A stretch of 64,000 nucleotides of DNA from Chrysemys picta bellii (lineage: Eukaryota). Of this stretch, positions 1 to 13,150 are shown in pieces. A program made the position numbers and the translations under genes. How positions within the stretch are numbered: the stretch's first letter is position 1; each line of letters opens with the position of its first letter. The notes below the pieces were generated by a model, which was not told where the DNA came from, ran no database searches, and saw nothing but the letters and a program-made list of their open reading frames with translations. Location of the stretch: the NCBI RefSeq assembly GCF_011386835.1, contig NC_088792.1:174406001-174470000 (forward strand), read 5' to 3'.

Positions 1-1371
1 TAGATCTAGAGTGGATGACTGAATCGAAATGATTAAAAAAATGAAATAAAACAGGTAATAGTTTTTAAAAAATTTGAACCAGAATGGAACCCAGAAATTG
101 CCATGGTATCCTGTCTCTGGATGTAGCTGGTATCTGCTTGTTTAATTGATTAATTTGTTTGCATTTATAATATATAACTGTAGGTGCCCATCCTATATCC
201 CGAGTGTTTATCCCATAGATTAAACCATACAAAAGAATACACAAGGACTCTCCATGAATTTAACCACTCAAACCCTCAGGCCATTCTCTGCTCAATAGCC
301 TCAGAATTAATGATTATTGCAGCAGACCCAGAAGGCTGTTGTTTCAGAGGATGGTACTCCCTCCCCATCACAGACACACACTCTTTCTCTCTTAATAATG
401 TTTTCTCACTTGGATCATGAAAGGCCCATTAGAAGCACTTTTCTTACTCATGTCTCAGTGTGTTCCTGTTCCAGGAATTTCAGACTGTTCAGTTCTCTAA
501 TTCAGTTTATTGGCCCTTGTACTTATAATATGGAACAGGGAGAAAGGAGCAATTGATCACTTTTCACTATATCGTCAATCAAATCATCTATAACTCTTCT
601 CCTTTTTGGGTTAAATAATGCTTAATTTTGCCAGTTTTTGACATATATTGAGTTGCTGCCCACACTTCTCATTTTTTTTGTTTGCTTTTCCATGGGCCAA
701 AAAATATTGAAGAGTTTAGTTTAGTCATGGGGGACATTTTTCCTGAGGTACTGAGTGTGAAAAGTTTATTTAAAAACATTTCACAATTTCCACAGTGAAG
801 GAAAGTTGGTGTACTTCATGTGTCCTTACCAGAGGAAAGGATATTCTGAAGTCTATGGACACTGCTGGTAATTAGAAACTTAATAAAAGATTTACATGAA
901 CTAAATGGATTTCCCTACACGCAGGATGTTATTTAAATCTGCAAGAATTAAGATACTTAATATTGATTGATGCATAAATAACCTATTAATATTTTTATGG
1001 TGGCATCCACTCAGTGCTAGGCACTTACCAAACAATCTAAAGGAACAGTCCCTATCCTGAGTATCTCACAAGCTAAGGTTAGACAGACAACTGATCAACT
1101 AAGAGGAGAGATTACTCACACAGCGTACTTTAATAAAATAACTAGCTTTCAGTGGATTTACAAAATGCGTTTAAATATGAGTTGCGAGTGCAGGGGCTGA
1201 TATTTTATTACCTTTGGGGACTGGGTGTGTAGGGCTTACGCATAAAGAAAAACAAACAAGACATGGATTTTAAAATGAGAAGTATCAATATCATAGCAAT
1301 AGCTCAGCCTGTGCAAAGCAATCTCTCTTGGTGTCTGTGCACCGCCCAAGACTTTGCTTCAGACTCTTCAA

Positions 1372-1670
1372 GGTATGTCTGCACTGTAGCTAGGAGCTAC
1401 AGTCCAAGTAGACAGACGTGCTAACTCCATGCCAGCTAGTATGCTAAAAATAGCAAGTGAACATTGTTGTATGCATGGAGGCACTGGTTAGCCACCCTAC
1501 CTCGAACCCCGGTAGTTGGGCAGGCTTGTACTTAGGCAGCTAGCCCATGCCACCACCTATACAGCATCATCCACTCTACTGTTTTTAATGTGTTAGTTCA
1601 AGCAGAACTAGAATGTGTCTGACTACCCGGACTGAGAGGCTTGCTTCCAGCTGCCGTGAAGACATATCCC
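1372..1670. mobile_element. Decayed PIF/Harbinger-type MITE
   Basis: Ends GGTATGTCTGCACTG ... CCGTGAAGACATATCCC resemble the GGGTATGTCTACACT TIR family; TSD not clean. Confidence 0.55.
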
Positions 1671-2150
1671 AAGTATCCCTAGTCATTCAGCTTCACCAGG
1701 GTAGAGTCCTTGGTCATGTTTTTTTCTTTTAAGCTGTTTCATTGGTTAGGTGCATTCGGGGACGGGGAAGAAATCTTTAAAAAGAAAGGCCTTGAATAAA
1801 AATGGCGCTGTGGGCTTTGATGTTAAATGTGCTGCCTTCTCTTTTTAGTTTACCAGCGAGGTTTCTTTCCAGTGGAGTGCTGCCAGGTGTTTTAGCCAGA
1901 GCATTGTATTTGCTAGGTCTTGGAGACTCAGGCTACCAAGGTACATTAAGGTGAACTGTTTGAGTTGTTGAATTATTTAATTCAACTGCCGTTTGTGCCT
2001 ATCTCAAGCTCAAGCATGCAGTAAAAACAAAAACTGTACCTTAATATAACATGTATATGCTAACTCTTAATGATGGACCTTCTTAAATACCTTCCCAATT
2101 ATGGGAATAACTTTATTTTGACTTCAGTGCGCTTTGGATCAAACCCGACA

Positions 2151-2177
2151 GAGAGAGAGAGACACACACACACACAC
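2151..2177. repeat. Compound (GA)n(CA)n microsatellite
   Basis: gagagagagagacacacacacacacac. Confidence 0.9.
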
Positions 2178-2712
2178 TCTCTTACTTTTTCCAGGGGGGC
2201 ATGGCAACATTTGGGGATCCTTCTAGAGAGATAGAAGATTTGGGGCATAGGTTCCTGATCTGCTGATCCACAAAACCCACTTCAATCTGCCATTGGAAGC
2301 TAAGTTGCTGCTAGAAATAGCCTCTTTTCCTTTTATACTTGTTCTGCATCTCCTCTGATGTTAATATCTCTTGCATGACTGTTTTTTGGGGGGGGAGAGG
2401 AGGAGGGGAAGAGTACTGGGCTACTAAGCAGTAGACTCAGCAGGTCAGATCCCAAGTTAGCATAAATTGGCAGAGCGCCATTGACTTTAGTGGAGCCCCG
2501 TCCATTTACATCAGCAGAGATTCTGATCCAGGAGGTTAAACAGACTTCATGATTCTCTGATTTATCCTGGATTTATCAGTCTTCTCCACAGAAGGGTATG
2601 TAAAATCCACTGTTTTTCCTTGTGTTGCTTGTCAGCACTTGTTACCATGCTCACATACCGCAGTAATGAATGCAGTATGAATACCTGGAAAGAAAGATTT
2701 TATTTCAACTAA

Positions 2713-3011
2713 GGGTACGTCTTCACTACCCGCCATATCGGTGGGTAGCAATCGATTTATCCGGGATCGATATATCGCGTCTCGTTAAGACGCGATATAT
2801 CGATCCCCGAACGCATTCACCGTCAACTCTGGAACTCTACCAGAGCGAGCGGCGGTAGCGCAGTCGACGGGGGAGCCGCGGCCATCGATCCCGCGCTGTC
2901 TGGACCCCAGGTAATTCGATCCAAGATACTTCGACTTCAGCTACGCTATTCGCATAGCTGAAGTTGTGTATCTTGGATTGATCCCCCCCCTCCCCCAGTG
3001 TAGACCAGCCC
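2713..3011. mobile_element. PIF/Harbinger-type MITE, CpG-rich, two internal hairpins
   Basis: TAA on both sides (2710-2712, 3012-3014). Imperfect TIRs GGGTACGTCTTCACT / AGTGTAGACCAGCCC. Perfect 20-bp stem 2763-2782 / 2788-2807. Confidence 0.8.
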
Positions 3012-5324
3012 TAAGTGAAATAGTTAACGTGTGGAGGCGTAAAGTGCTACGTAAGCCCCAAGTATTGTTTCTGTGGTATGGAGGATGGTGGGTTGCAATA
3101 TGAATTAAACTGTTATTGTTAGCCGTCATCTGGGATTATTTCTAAAAGAAAACAATAATCTTGTCAAACTTTCCTGCTATTTCATGTTATCCTCCACGAT
3201 CTCTTGGATGTCCTCTGTGGAGAAGGAATAGGAAGAAAGGAAGTAAGGGATGTTTTATTATATTATATCTTAAGAACAGGCAGAGGAGCTACTAAAATAA
3301 TGGCCATTACAAAACTCTATTGATCAGAATACCCGAGAAAGATATGTTACAGGCCAACCAAATAGCCTAATAAATTTAGACAAAATCTTTATTAAGAGAA
3401 GCTCAGTTTGTAAATATATATCAACGAGGGAAATAACCCCCCTTGATAAAACAATGTAATTTAAAAATAAATAAAAAACTCAAAAGCCAGGAAATTCAAA
3501 GTTAAGGTTACACTTTAAGGTGGAGAGTGTGGAAATACAAAGTTAAGATAAAGTTTGCCAAATGGTCATAACTCCGCTCTACTATCCATGGCACTCTGTA
3601 TAGTTCCATCCATCTAAAATAGATGCATGTCAACCTATCACAGCTCACTGATATGTTTAAAGTTGGATACTTTGGCAGATCTTCCAGGAACCCAGGAGTC
3701 TGGGGACATCTTAAATACTTGGGCATTTCATATGGAGCCACAGATATTTGAAAGCTCTTCCATCAAAAGAAGTTATCGTAAAAATGAAGCTCATATTTTT
3801 AAAGTTCTTATAATCAAAAATTATTTTGATTTGTAAGATCATTTTGATGCATTCCAATACTTAAAAACAAGTGTAGGAGAGATGTTTACATGGCTAGTAG
3901 CAAGTAATAGTTGAACTCCCATGATGTAGCTTGTTGCTCCTGTATAAAACTTTCCAAAAGAAAAGAAGGTAGTTTAGTTTAATAATTTAATGATTTTTTG
4001 AATGACTCTTCTTGTATGTTACAAAGATATCCAAGTGTTAGGCCAAATAGAACAGAAAAATGTAAAGAATATTATGTTCAAGAATACTCTAGATTTTGGG
4101 TAGGGAAGTCACTATAGAATTTTCCAAATTTCCCTCAACCCTCCTCCTCCCTTCATGCAAACACGTATTTCTATTAGCCCGGGCATTGTATCCTAAAGAT
4201 CATGTCAGACTAACATGATAGTTACAGAGATCTAATTACAGATTTGGGCCTGGGTCCTGTAAATACTTATGCCTTTGTGCTCAGTTTATTATTTTTTTCA
4301 TTAATTATTCATACCACAGATCTGAAGGACATCACCAATGCTTTAAGTGCTTGCTCACCTTCCTCATACCTCCACACACACACCCAATTCATTTGACCAA
4401 GGCTTTATTCAGAGCATCCCTATTTTGACAAAATCCAACATTGTAATGCTTTGAAGAAGTAATAAAGATCAACGCCACACCTTTTTACTTGGATATTTAA
4501 GCTAATTCCAATTTGCAACTATCATGTATTTTGATATTTGCTGTAGCCATAAATAAGAATTTGGGACCAGTTTTTGATCATAAGCAACATTATGATTAAG
4601 CAGCATTAATCCAGAGTAATTTCACTGGGATCAGTAAAGTTACGCTGGATTCAGACCCAAATAACTGAGCTCAGAATCTGACCCTAAATTAGATCTCTTC
4701 AAACTTCAACTCGCAGTGGCTCCTGGGAGAAAGGAAACAAGAAACTAGCTTTGAAACAACACATAAGGGCTGGACATCAAATCAAGAGTTAAACTCCAAA
4801 GAAAACAAGTCTGAAAGAGGTAAATGCCTCTGCATTCCATTTGTCCCTGCTTACCACTTGTTGCTAGGGTCCCATCTTCATAAATTATGTTCATTTTTCT
4901 GTTTCTGAGATGAGGCACTCCTTTTTTTCTCTCCGTAATTGAAAGGTCTAGATCTCCTCTTTCTTATAGTGTTGTCTATCAGTCTCCATATTCAACAGAT
5001 TTAGGATTCCTCAGCAACTGGAAGGAACATATATGAATGGTGTGTACTAGAGCTTCAGTTTCCTATATTATGGAGGAGTAATGTATATTGCAGCCAGTAG
5101 TTGAGTCAGTGCAAAATGGTTATGCTATAAAATTTATGAATTGGTAAGCAGAGTGTTTCAAATGTCCAGTCAGCTATGGGCCCTTATTCAAAGCTCTTTG
5201 AAGTTGGTGGGAGTCTGGCCATCAACTTCACTGGGTGTTAGATCAGGTCCTATGAGCTGATACGCAAAAAAAGCAAAACAAAAAATTGATCGAGAAGAAA
5301 TAAAGAGAAAAATTAGAATAAAAT

Positions 5325-5770
5325 TGTAACAGGGTGGTCTGCCCCTTTAGAGGCCGGGTTGGTGGAGAGGGAGGGCTGAGATTAGCCTGTCCCATTCTCA
5401 GGTGGAGCCCTTCGTCAGTTTAAGATCATATGTTTGAGACTGGTAGTTTGCAGAGTGTGTTATTTGAACCAACTAGGAAGGGGGTCAGGACTCTGAGTCA
5501 TGTGACTGCCTGCTGGGGAGTCTAAAACCATGCCAGCTCAGCCAGGAAAAGCCTGGAAAGGGGAGAGACAGGCTCTTCTGTGGTAGCACCTGAGTGAGGC
5601 AAGCAAGGGGACAAGTCCCTGCAGCCTCTTGGTCAGGAGAATCGCTTTGTTTTGTGTTACTCATTCATTGCATGAGGGCAATAAACCGCGCCCTCACGCA
5701 AGCTCCTGAAGTATGACTTGGGGGTAGCACCATTCTTTCCTGGGTTGGTGAGAGAGCCCATCAGCCTACA
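5325..5770 (+). mobile_element. Probable solo LTR
   Basis: Starts TGTAAC, has AATAAA near 5680, ends ...CCTACA; GC-richer than the flanks; TSD not found. Confidence 0.45.
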
Positions 5771-6284
5771 CATGTGTGAAAGGAGCAGAAAAGGAGATGG
5801 AGCAAAGAGAAAAGGAAGCCAACAGCACAGTGAGAAGATAAAGGCTCAAAATCTGTTGCCTAATGGTGATCCTGTTCAAGTCACCAGGGTTGTTTGCATG
5901 CATCTGAAGAGAATTTGGCCCATTGATAATAATATATATATAACTGCTATCTAGGGCTTGTTTTGAAATCAGTTATCAAACTGAAAATTTGAAATTGAGC
6001 TGGAAATGTATAATAATAATATGTTTGTGTTAGTATATGCAATATGTATGAGGCAAAGAGTATAAGGGTTTAAGGGCAACAGTACTAAAATCTTGCCTGA
6101 GGATTAAAATAGTTCTGAGATTTTATGATATTGCATGAAAGGGTTTATGACCCATTGACGCAACATACTATAACTATAATCCCAATAAGTATTGCAATCT
6201 TCAGGCAATGTTTTATCATTGCTGCCCTCTAACTCATAAATATTTGTAACGAACAGAGGGAGAGAAATTGACTGATGGAATAAA

Positions 6285-6530
6285 TTATTATTTATTTATT
6301 ATTTGTATTATGGTAGTGCCTAGAAGCCCCAGTTGAGAATGGGGCTCCAGTATGTTATGCTCAAATACAACGTTAGAGACAGTCTCTGGCCCAAAGACCT
6401 TTTGTTCTAAATTGACAAAACAGTTAAAGGGTGTGAGGGGAAAGAGAGATACAGAAAGGGTCAGTGACTCGTCCAAACTCAGAACTCCTGATTCCCAGTT
6501 CAGTGCAATGGACCATACTGAATGCATTAT
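6285..6530 (-). mobile_element. CORE-SINE (MIR-like) with L2-type 3' tail
   Basis: (TTAT)n tail then ttgtattatggtagtgcctagaagcccc...gagacagtctctggcccaaagac; related tails at about 46850-46985 and 53640-53703. Confidence 0.5.
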
Positions 6531-9500
6531 GGTAATGTGTGGCATAAAAGGGTTTATCACACTTTATAAGTGATGAAGCCTTGCTGATTTATTCCCCTTT
6601 CTCCAGAAACTGATCTACTTGTGAGGGAGCGGGGGCAAGACTGTGAGGGGAATACTTAACTTCTTTTCACCAGCTCTTTAGGGGTTATTTGCTAATACTG
6701 CAGATTCCTCTGAGCATGCTTTTGATGAATGATATTGAGCAAGCTTTGTATTTTTAATTTTTACATCATGTTATGTCCATCCTTGCCCTTTTTCTCTCTA
6801 CTCTGACACACGCTTAGTTGTGAAATGACAGACCTGCCGCTGTTTCTAGAATTACTTTCTAGACCTCTTACTATCTCTTTATCCTCTGTATATATCTCCA
6901 AAGCCTCTGCTTTTGTATCAGAAATTCTCCTAGTGCCTCTGCAATCTGGCATTGACCTTCATTTGAGGAGTGGGATTTAAAAAGCGGAAGTTTTAATGTC
7001 AGGATTTATAACAACAGTTAGGCTTTCTTTTAAAATGTGTCCGTAATTCAAAACACTTAAATGTACAGCTTTTGTGTGTCTTTATTACCACCCTCTCTTT
7101 TTCAGAGTCTGTCCCTTCCTTTGCTCCTTTGTCCTTGATATTTTATGAGGGTTGTGCCTGTTTTTTCTGTGTTGGAGATTTGAGAGAAATGATTTTCTGC
7201 AGCACTATAATGCTTGTCAGCGCTTTCCAATCCTGAGTTTTAATGAACAGTTTAGTTTCTTTCCTTTGCTCTTCTTTCTCTGCTGTTTTACTGCTGTGCT
7301 AGAGCTTTCCCAGTGTGAACAAGGGAGTGCATAAAAGAAAGAGACAGAGAGGTAGATTTTCTCTCTTTCCTTCCTGAATAATTCTCTCGGCCTGCATTTA
7401 TCCCTACCTCCTCTTTCTCCTTCCTTTCTTTTGAGCAGAGATCCTTGTTATTCTGGCCTTTGAGAAACCTAAAAGTCAATGCCATATCCCTAAGTCTCTT
7501 CATCATCTTTTGTGTAGCTGTATTATAATAACAATAATACTTAACATTTGCATACTCTCAACCCTCCCCTGCATAATCAGCTTTATAACAATAATAGGTC
7601 ATATTTGGAGACAGACTGAGCATCCTTGACATCACCTGAGTTTGGTGGAAGTTATTAGTGCTTCAGAACTCCTCAAGGTTTGGTTCCTTCCTCACTTCTT
7701 AGTGAATGTACTGCTTTACATATGCAACACATTGTGTAAACATTAAGAGTCAAACTCTGCCACCCACCATTATTTTCATCTTGTACTATCTTACTCTGCA
7801 AGTTACTCCCTTGGTTTTGATGGGATCACTACCAGAGGAAGGTGCCACTCCAAGTGAGAAAGGGTGGCAGAATCTGACCTTACTTAATTGTCACAACACC
7901 CTTGTGAGGAAGGTAAGCAAAAGTATCTTCATTTTGAATTAGGAAGACAGAGGTCAAGCCCAAGCCCAAGTAAGTGATAGTGGTGCTTTTAGAATTTGGG
8001 AGTCCCTGACTCCCAGTCCTATGCTCAACTTTCTAGATCATGTTGCCCTGCAGATAAGCCTGTGTGGAGTACATGCACCAATCTCTCCAAGCTAGAGGAG
8101 AATATACCTCTTACTGTAGAAGCTGCTAAAGTACTGGTACCATGAGCATTTCCCCCATATCTGTATTAAGTAGCCATTTGAATGCTAGCAGCAGCAAGTA
8201 AAGATTCTATGGAGACAGTGTGAGCAATGCCTGTGTTACAGAGGTCAAAGAGCTGCATCATTCCTCCTTAGTCATTACTGTGCAATGCACAGTCCTATAT
8301 GTGGACTACAGCGTTGAAAATGGTACCCTGGAGGGGGCAGGTTCCAGCATTGTGTGTGTAGAGTTTTCTGTCTTTGTCATCGCTCTTTCCTTTAGCTCAG
8401 TGTTGACCTAGTTTATTAGTGTTAATTTTATTAGTGCATCGGCTTCATTTTTGTGATTATTAAATGCTTTCGGGGCTTCATAATTTAATTATTTCAGTGC
8501 TTTTGTTGATATAATTGAAGCCCAAATGAGTGTAGCCGGAAACATACTTTAGTCTAACCTGATAAAGCTTGAATAGTTAAACCAATTTATTTTTTTTTGC
8601 AACCTTGTGCTTATGTAACTTGTTTAGTGGTTAAAGCCTTATTTTTTGGTTCTGGAAACAGTGACATCTCCCTCTGTTATGCCCCATTCCACTTTTAAAG
8701 TCTTTAAAAAGCGTTTGTTTTTTGGTTCTTGTAGAACATAAACAGAAGTCACCCTAACTATTTTGCTGGCTAGGATGGAAAACGTTTCACGTCCCTTTCT
8801 TCTGTGTAGCTGAGCCACCAAAAAACAAAACAAAAAGAAAGCAGCAGCAGCAGAGTGGCACAGCAGTATGATGCCCTTTGCAAGTTGGTGCCCAGAGAGA
8901 CCGCCCTGCTCGCCCACCCCTAGAACTAGTGCGAATATAAAGAATAATGTACCCATCCCGACTTCCAATCTAAGGTTGCAGTTCAATCAAGAGGTCCATT
9001 AATCGTGAGAATGAACTTTGAGATGTTTCTTCAGATCAACAGAATTTAAAGATGAAATAACACTTTTAATTTGTAAACTCGTCATTTTAATTACAAAAAG
9101 TTAAAAGTAGCCTTTGGAACTACAGTTGACTCTGAGTCTCTCTGCCTACATTCTGTGGTTTCAGAATCATGTTATCTTATATTTTAAGACCTCACACTCA
9201 ATAAAGGAGAGACCGACTAACAGAATGAAAAATAACAAAGTATTTTCCCCCAAATCTATCATTTATGAAAGGTTTCAGTGTTATTAGTAACAATCAGTTA
9301 AAAAAAAGAAATGCCATTTACTTTAGTTTCTGTACTTTTCAAAGGGTGCATTATTCAATATATTGTTAAAATATCTTGTCCCTCCAGTCTTTGCCTTCGT
9401 CCCCTTTTCTTCCCCTCACCTCTGGTTTCTTCCTCCTGTGTCATTTGTCCTTTCCCTTCTTCTTCTCTTCTGGTCCTTGCTTCACCCACTCCTTCACACC

Positions 9501-10434
9501 ACTCCTATTCTCTTCCTCTTATTTTTCCTCCTGGGTGTCCTGAAGGCCCTTCCTTTGGTGCCTCTTCTCTTATAGCTTTATTTTTTTTAGCTGTTGTGAA
9601 CTGGAGCTGGCCTTGCTATGACAGAGTGATATTTCTTATGGCTGCAGGAAGTTTCTTACGGCTGAAGGGATAGATAGGCAAAATTACTCTTGGTGGGCTG
9701 ATGCACTTTAATGCTGGCTGGGCTGGCTGCTCACAGAGAAATGATTCCTGCGTGTAACCTGAGGAAAAATAGCAACCCTTAAATAAGGCCAGATCTCCCT
9801 CTTTGGGCCTGGGATGTGAGTGGGATGTTCAACTGGACTGGGTAGGGAGGCAGGAGGAATAGTGGCACTATCCCCTCATCTGTGTGCTGGCAATCTGCAG
9901 AGAGGACCCAACCTCCATGGGAAGCCACTGCTGACCAGCTAAGAGTCTGAGGGGGAAGAAAGTGAGATTGGGGCGGGGGCGGGAACAGTACTTGAATTAT
10001 GAGAATAAGTAGGGGCGGCCCTGAATGTCAAGTGGCTTGCTTTAACGTAAACAGTAGTGAGCAGTAAAGGGGCCATAAGACAGAAGTGAGGTAGCCCCAA
10101 AGGGGACTTGCTCCCCCAGACCTCCATAATTCAAGCATTAGCCAGGAAGCAGCTGCACTGTAGGCTTCTGCTACACCAGTGCTCTTTCTTATGCCCCAGT
10201 TTCTGTGGAGGGTTCCCATGTGCTCTGCAGGACCTTGGATCAAACCTTCCTGGGCTTCACAATGTCTGGAGCTGCAAAGCCATGGTTTTTTCCTTAACGT
10301 ACCTCTAGTAGCAGAGTATAAATAGTTCTTGAGGTTAATAGTCAGCAATCATGCCTGGTCCTAGAACGGGAGACACAAGCATGAGGAAAGCTCCTTGTAT
10401 ACCTGCACAATGGCTTGCCACAGTCCAGCTCTAA

Positions 10435-10730
10435 GGGTACTTCTACACTTACCGGAGGGTCCAGCGGCAGGCAATCGATGTTCTGGGATCGATTTATCAC
10501 GTCTGGTTTAGACGCGATAAATCGATCCCGGATTGATCCCAGAAGTGCTCGCCGTCGACGCCGGTACTTCAGCTCGGCGAGAGGAGTACGCGGCATCGAC
10601 GGGGGAGCCTCCCTGCCGCGTCTGGACCCACGGTAAGTTCGGACTAAGGTACTTCGAATTCAGCTACGTTATTAACGTAGCTGAATTTGCGTACCTTAGT
10701 CCAAAGTGGGGGCTTAGTGGGGACCAGGCC
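10435..10730. mobile_element. PIF/Harbinger-type MITE related to 2713-3011
   Basis: TAA|GGGTACTTCTACACT ... AGTGGGGACCAGGCC|TAG; same two-hairpin layout (10485-10529, 10641-10702) and shared TCGACGGGGGAGCC / TCTGGACCC blocks. Confidence 0.8.
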
Positions 10731-11458
10731 TAGAAATGAAAACACTCATTTTCCTAAGCCTGTGACACGTCTATCTTTTATACTCTGTAAGTCTAATAAT
10801 GTGTCACTGGTTATATTAATTAACTTGTTCTTGTCAGCTAAAGTAATAACTTACTGTGTTCTTGTCATAGTTACAAAAGTGTATATTTTACATGTTAATG
10901 GGATAGTCATAGTGCCATTAATAATGGGGATTTAAGATCCCCCTAAGAGATCCTTAATGGTGGGTGGGTTACAGAGGTATGTTGGAGCTCTTACCTTGTT
11001 CGATAGTGTGATACCTAGATCTTCCCTTCAGCAGAAAATTGAAAATCTGAAATTTGATACAATTTACACCAGGTACAATATGAAACAGTGTTAAAATTTC
11101 AAGGGTGCTGTAGTACACTGGCAAGTTTACATTGCTATGTTTTGATCCAATGAAGCATACAAGTCAAAGTGCAAAGATATAATTTCTAGGCATCTGTGGT
11201 GTTGGGTTTTTTTTTTTTCTTCATGATCTGTGTTATCAAAATTCACAAACGTGATTCTATTTTAGTTTTATTTCCTCAATGTAACTCCGAACACTAGAGG
11301 AGTAATAATGTAATACTGTATACATGGCACTTTGAAACATCACCAATTATTTTCTGTAATTAAAACTGAATTGGAAATATCCACACCATTTCTATTTATC
11401 TTACTGATGTGCCTTTCAGTTCTGTGATAAATATCAGGAACAAGACAAATAAGGATCT

Positions 11459-11720
11459 GGGGGAGTATATGGCCCAGGGGATTAGTAATGGAATTCAGAG
11501 CCTTTCACTGCTAGGTGGCCACGTTGAATCTGGCTTGGGTTAGTAGTGATGAAAAGTCATTGTCTGATAGCTGTTCAGCATTGTCTGATAGCTGTTCAGT
11601 GACCTATGTGAAATGGATTTGTATTCTCAGGCCACTTTATATCACCAATCCCATCAGAACAATTGTCAGAGGTCTGTACGTTGGCAGTCTCAGCAGAGGC
11701 TCCAAAAACTGAGTGGGCCC
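11459..11720 (+). mobile_element. LF-SINE copy
   Basis: Blocks ggattagtaatgg..cagagcctttcac..ctaggt, ctgttcagtgacctatgtgaaatg and gttggcagtctcagcagagg match the LF-SINE consensus as I recall it. Confidence 0.7.
11558..11599. repeat. Exact 21-bp tandem duplication
   Basis: CATTGTCTGATAGCTGTTCAG x2. Confidence 0.95.
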
Positions 11721-11909
11721 TCAGCATGTCTCTGCAGCCCTCCGCTTCCCGCAGCTCCCATTGGCCTGGAACGGCGTACCGCAGCCACTGGTAGCTGCAG
11801 GGGGGCCGTGCCTGCGGACAATTAATGTCAGTAAAATGTCTTGCGGCCTGCAATCAGATTACCCTGATGGGTCACGTGCAGCCAGCAGGCCACAGGTTGC
11901 CCACCGCTG
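11721..11909. mobile_element. hAT MITE fragment (right end only)
   Basis: Ends GGTTGCCCACCGCTG, like the TIRs of 26007-26642 and 29257-29671; left TIR not seen. Confidence 0.5.
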
Positions 11910-12466
11910 CTATAGATAAAGGTCTATGTAGCACAAAAAAAATGTTTAAGTTCACTCACATCCAGATATGCATGTGATCATATTTAAAATTTTTGAGATA
12001 CAGCTATTAAACAGTTTGAATTAACCCAGAGTGGCTCACTCATGAGATAGCTGCCAAAACCTTAATGAAAAGAAAATATGTAATAACATGTCTAAGAACT
12101 TCATGGAAGAGTCAAATCATGATTTTTTTTTTCAATTGAAAGCAATATCTGGCATACAAAATTGTCAAGGATTCAATATGTAATATTCATGCTCAGCTAT
12201 GCTGAATAATTGACATGGCAAATAGTGTTTGTGATAAATGGAACAAGACAGCAGTCTATATAATGTTTTTTCAGAAGGATATTCTCTTGCGTGGAGGGTT
12301 GAGCAATTTTCTTTCATGCATAAGGTAGACCTCAAAAAAGGGAGTTCCCTATGTCTACTCCAAGATGAGTTCAGATTGGCAGCTAAGGGAGAGATGGCCA
12401 GAATTAAGTAAGGAAAGCTTATTCAGGAAAGAGATGTTGATTGACTTATACATGATGAGAATAATA

Positions 12467-12653
12467 GACCTCTACCCCAATATAACATGACCCGATATAA
12501 CACAAATTTGGATATAATGCGGTAAAGCAGTGCTCTGGGGGGGCGGGGCTGCGCACTCCGGCGGATCAAAGCAAGTTCGATATAACACGGTTTCACCTAT
12601 AACGCGGTAAGATTTTTTGGCTCCCGAGGACAGCGTTATATCAGGTAGAGGTG
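12467..12653. mobile_element. Tc1/mariner (Tigger-like) MITE
   Basis: TA TSD both sides; TIR (C)ACCTCTACCCCRATATAAC ... GTTATATCAGGTAGAGGTG; second copy at 27076-27253. Confidence 0.8.
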
Positions 12654-13009
12654 TACCTGTAAAAATTTAATTCTTTTAGTGGTTATAGACCTAGTAGAGA
12701 TGATGCCTGCATATGCTATTAATTTATCCTTTTATTTTCCAGTAGTTTTTGTTTCTGTATTTTAGACCTAGTGACTGATGCCATGTGATGTGTGGGTAAT
12801 AAATCATTTATAAGAGAAAATTGTTATAATAACTGCATGTTTTTACATATGATTGTTCTATCCTGGCCCCAATCATGGGATATGTGTCAGGGTTACAGGT
12901 TATATGCCTGTCATGTGGCAGGAGTTGAATCCTTCTGGCCCTAGTGATGACCGTTACAATTGTCATTTTGTATGTTCTCAGCATATTGTATATGTGTTAA
13001 CCCTTGATA

Positions 13010-13150
13010 ATAGTACTTAGCATTTGTATAGTGCTCTCATCCAGAGATTCCAAAGTCCTTTACAAAGAAGGTAATTATGATTTCCATTTTACAGATGAAG
13101 AAAGGTGAAATAATTCATTCAAGGTCATATGAGTCAGTGGCATATCTTGG
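13010..13150 (-). mobile_element. MIR-like CORE-SINE remnant
   Basis: ccattttacagatgaagaaa...caaggtcat core in reverse orientation. Confidence 0.45.

Noticed and set aside
11558-11599. CRISPR-like direct repeats
   Set aside because: Two adjacent copies with no spacer in a eukaryotic SINE. No repeat-spacer array was seen anywhere in the window.
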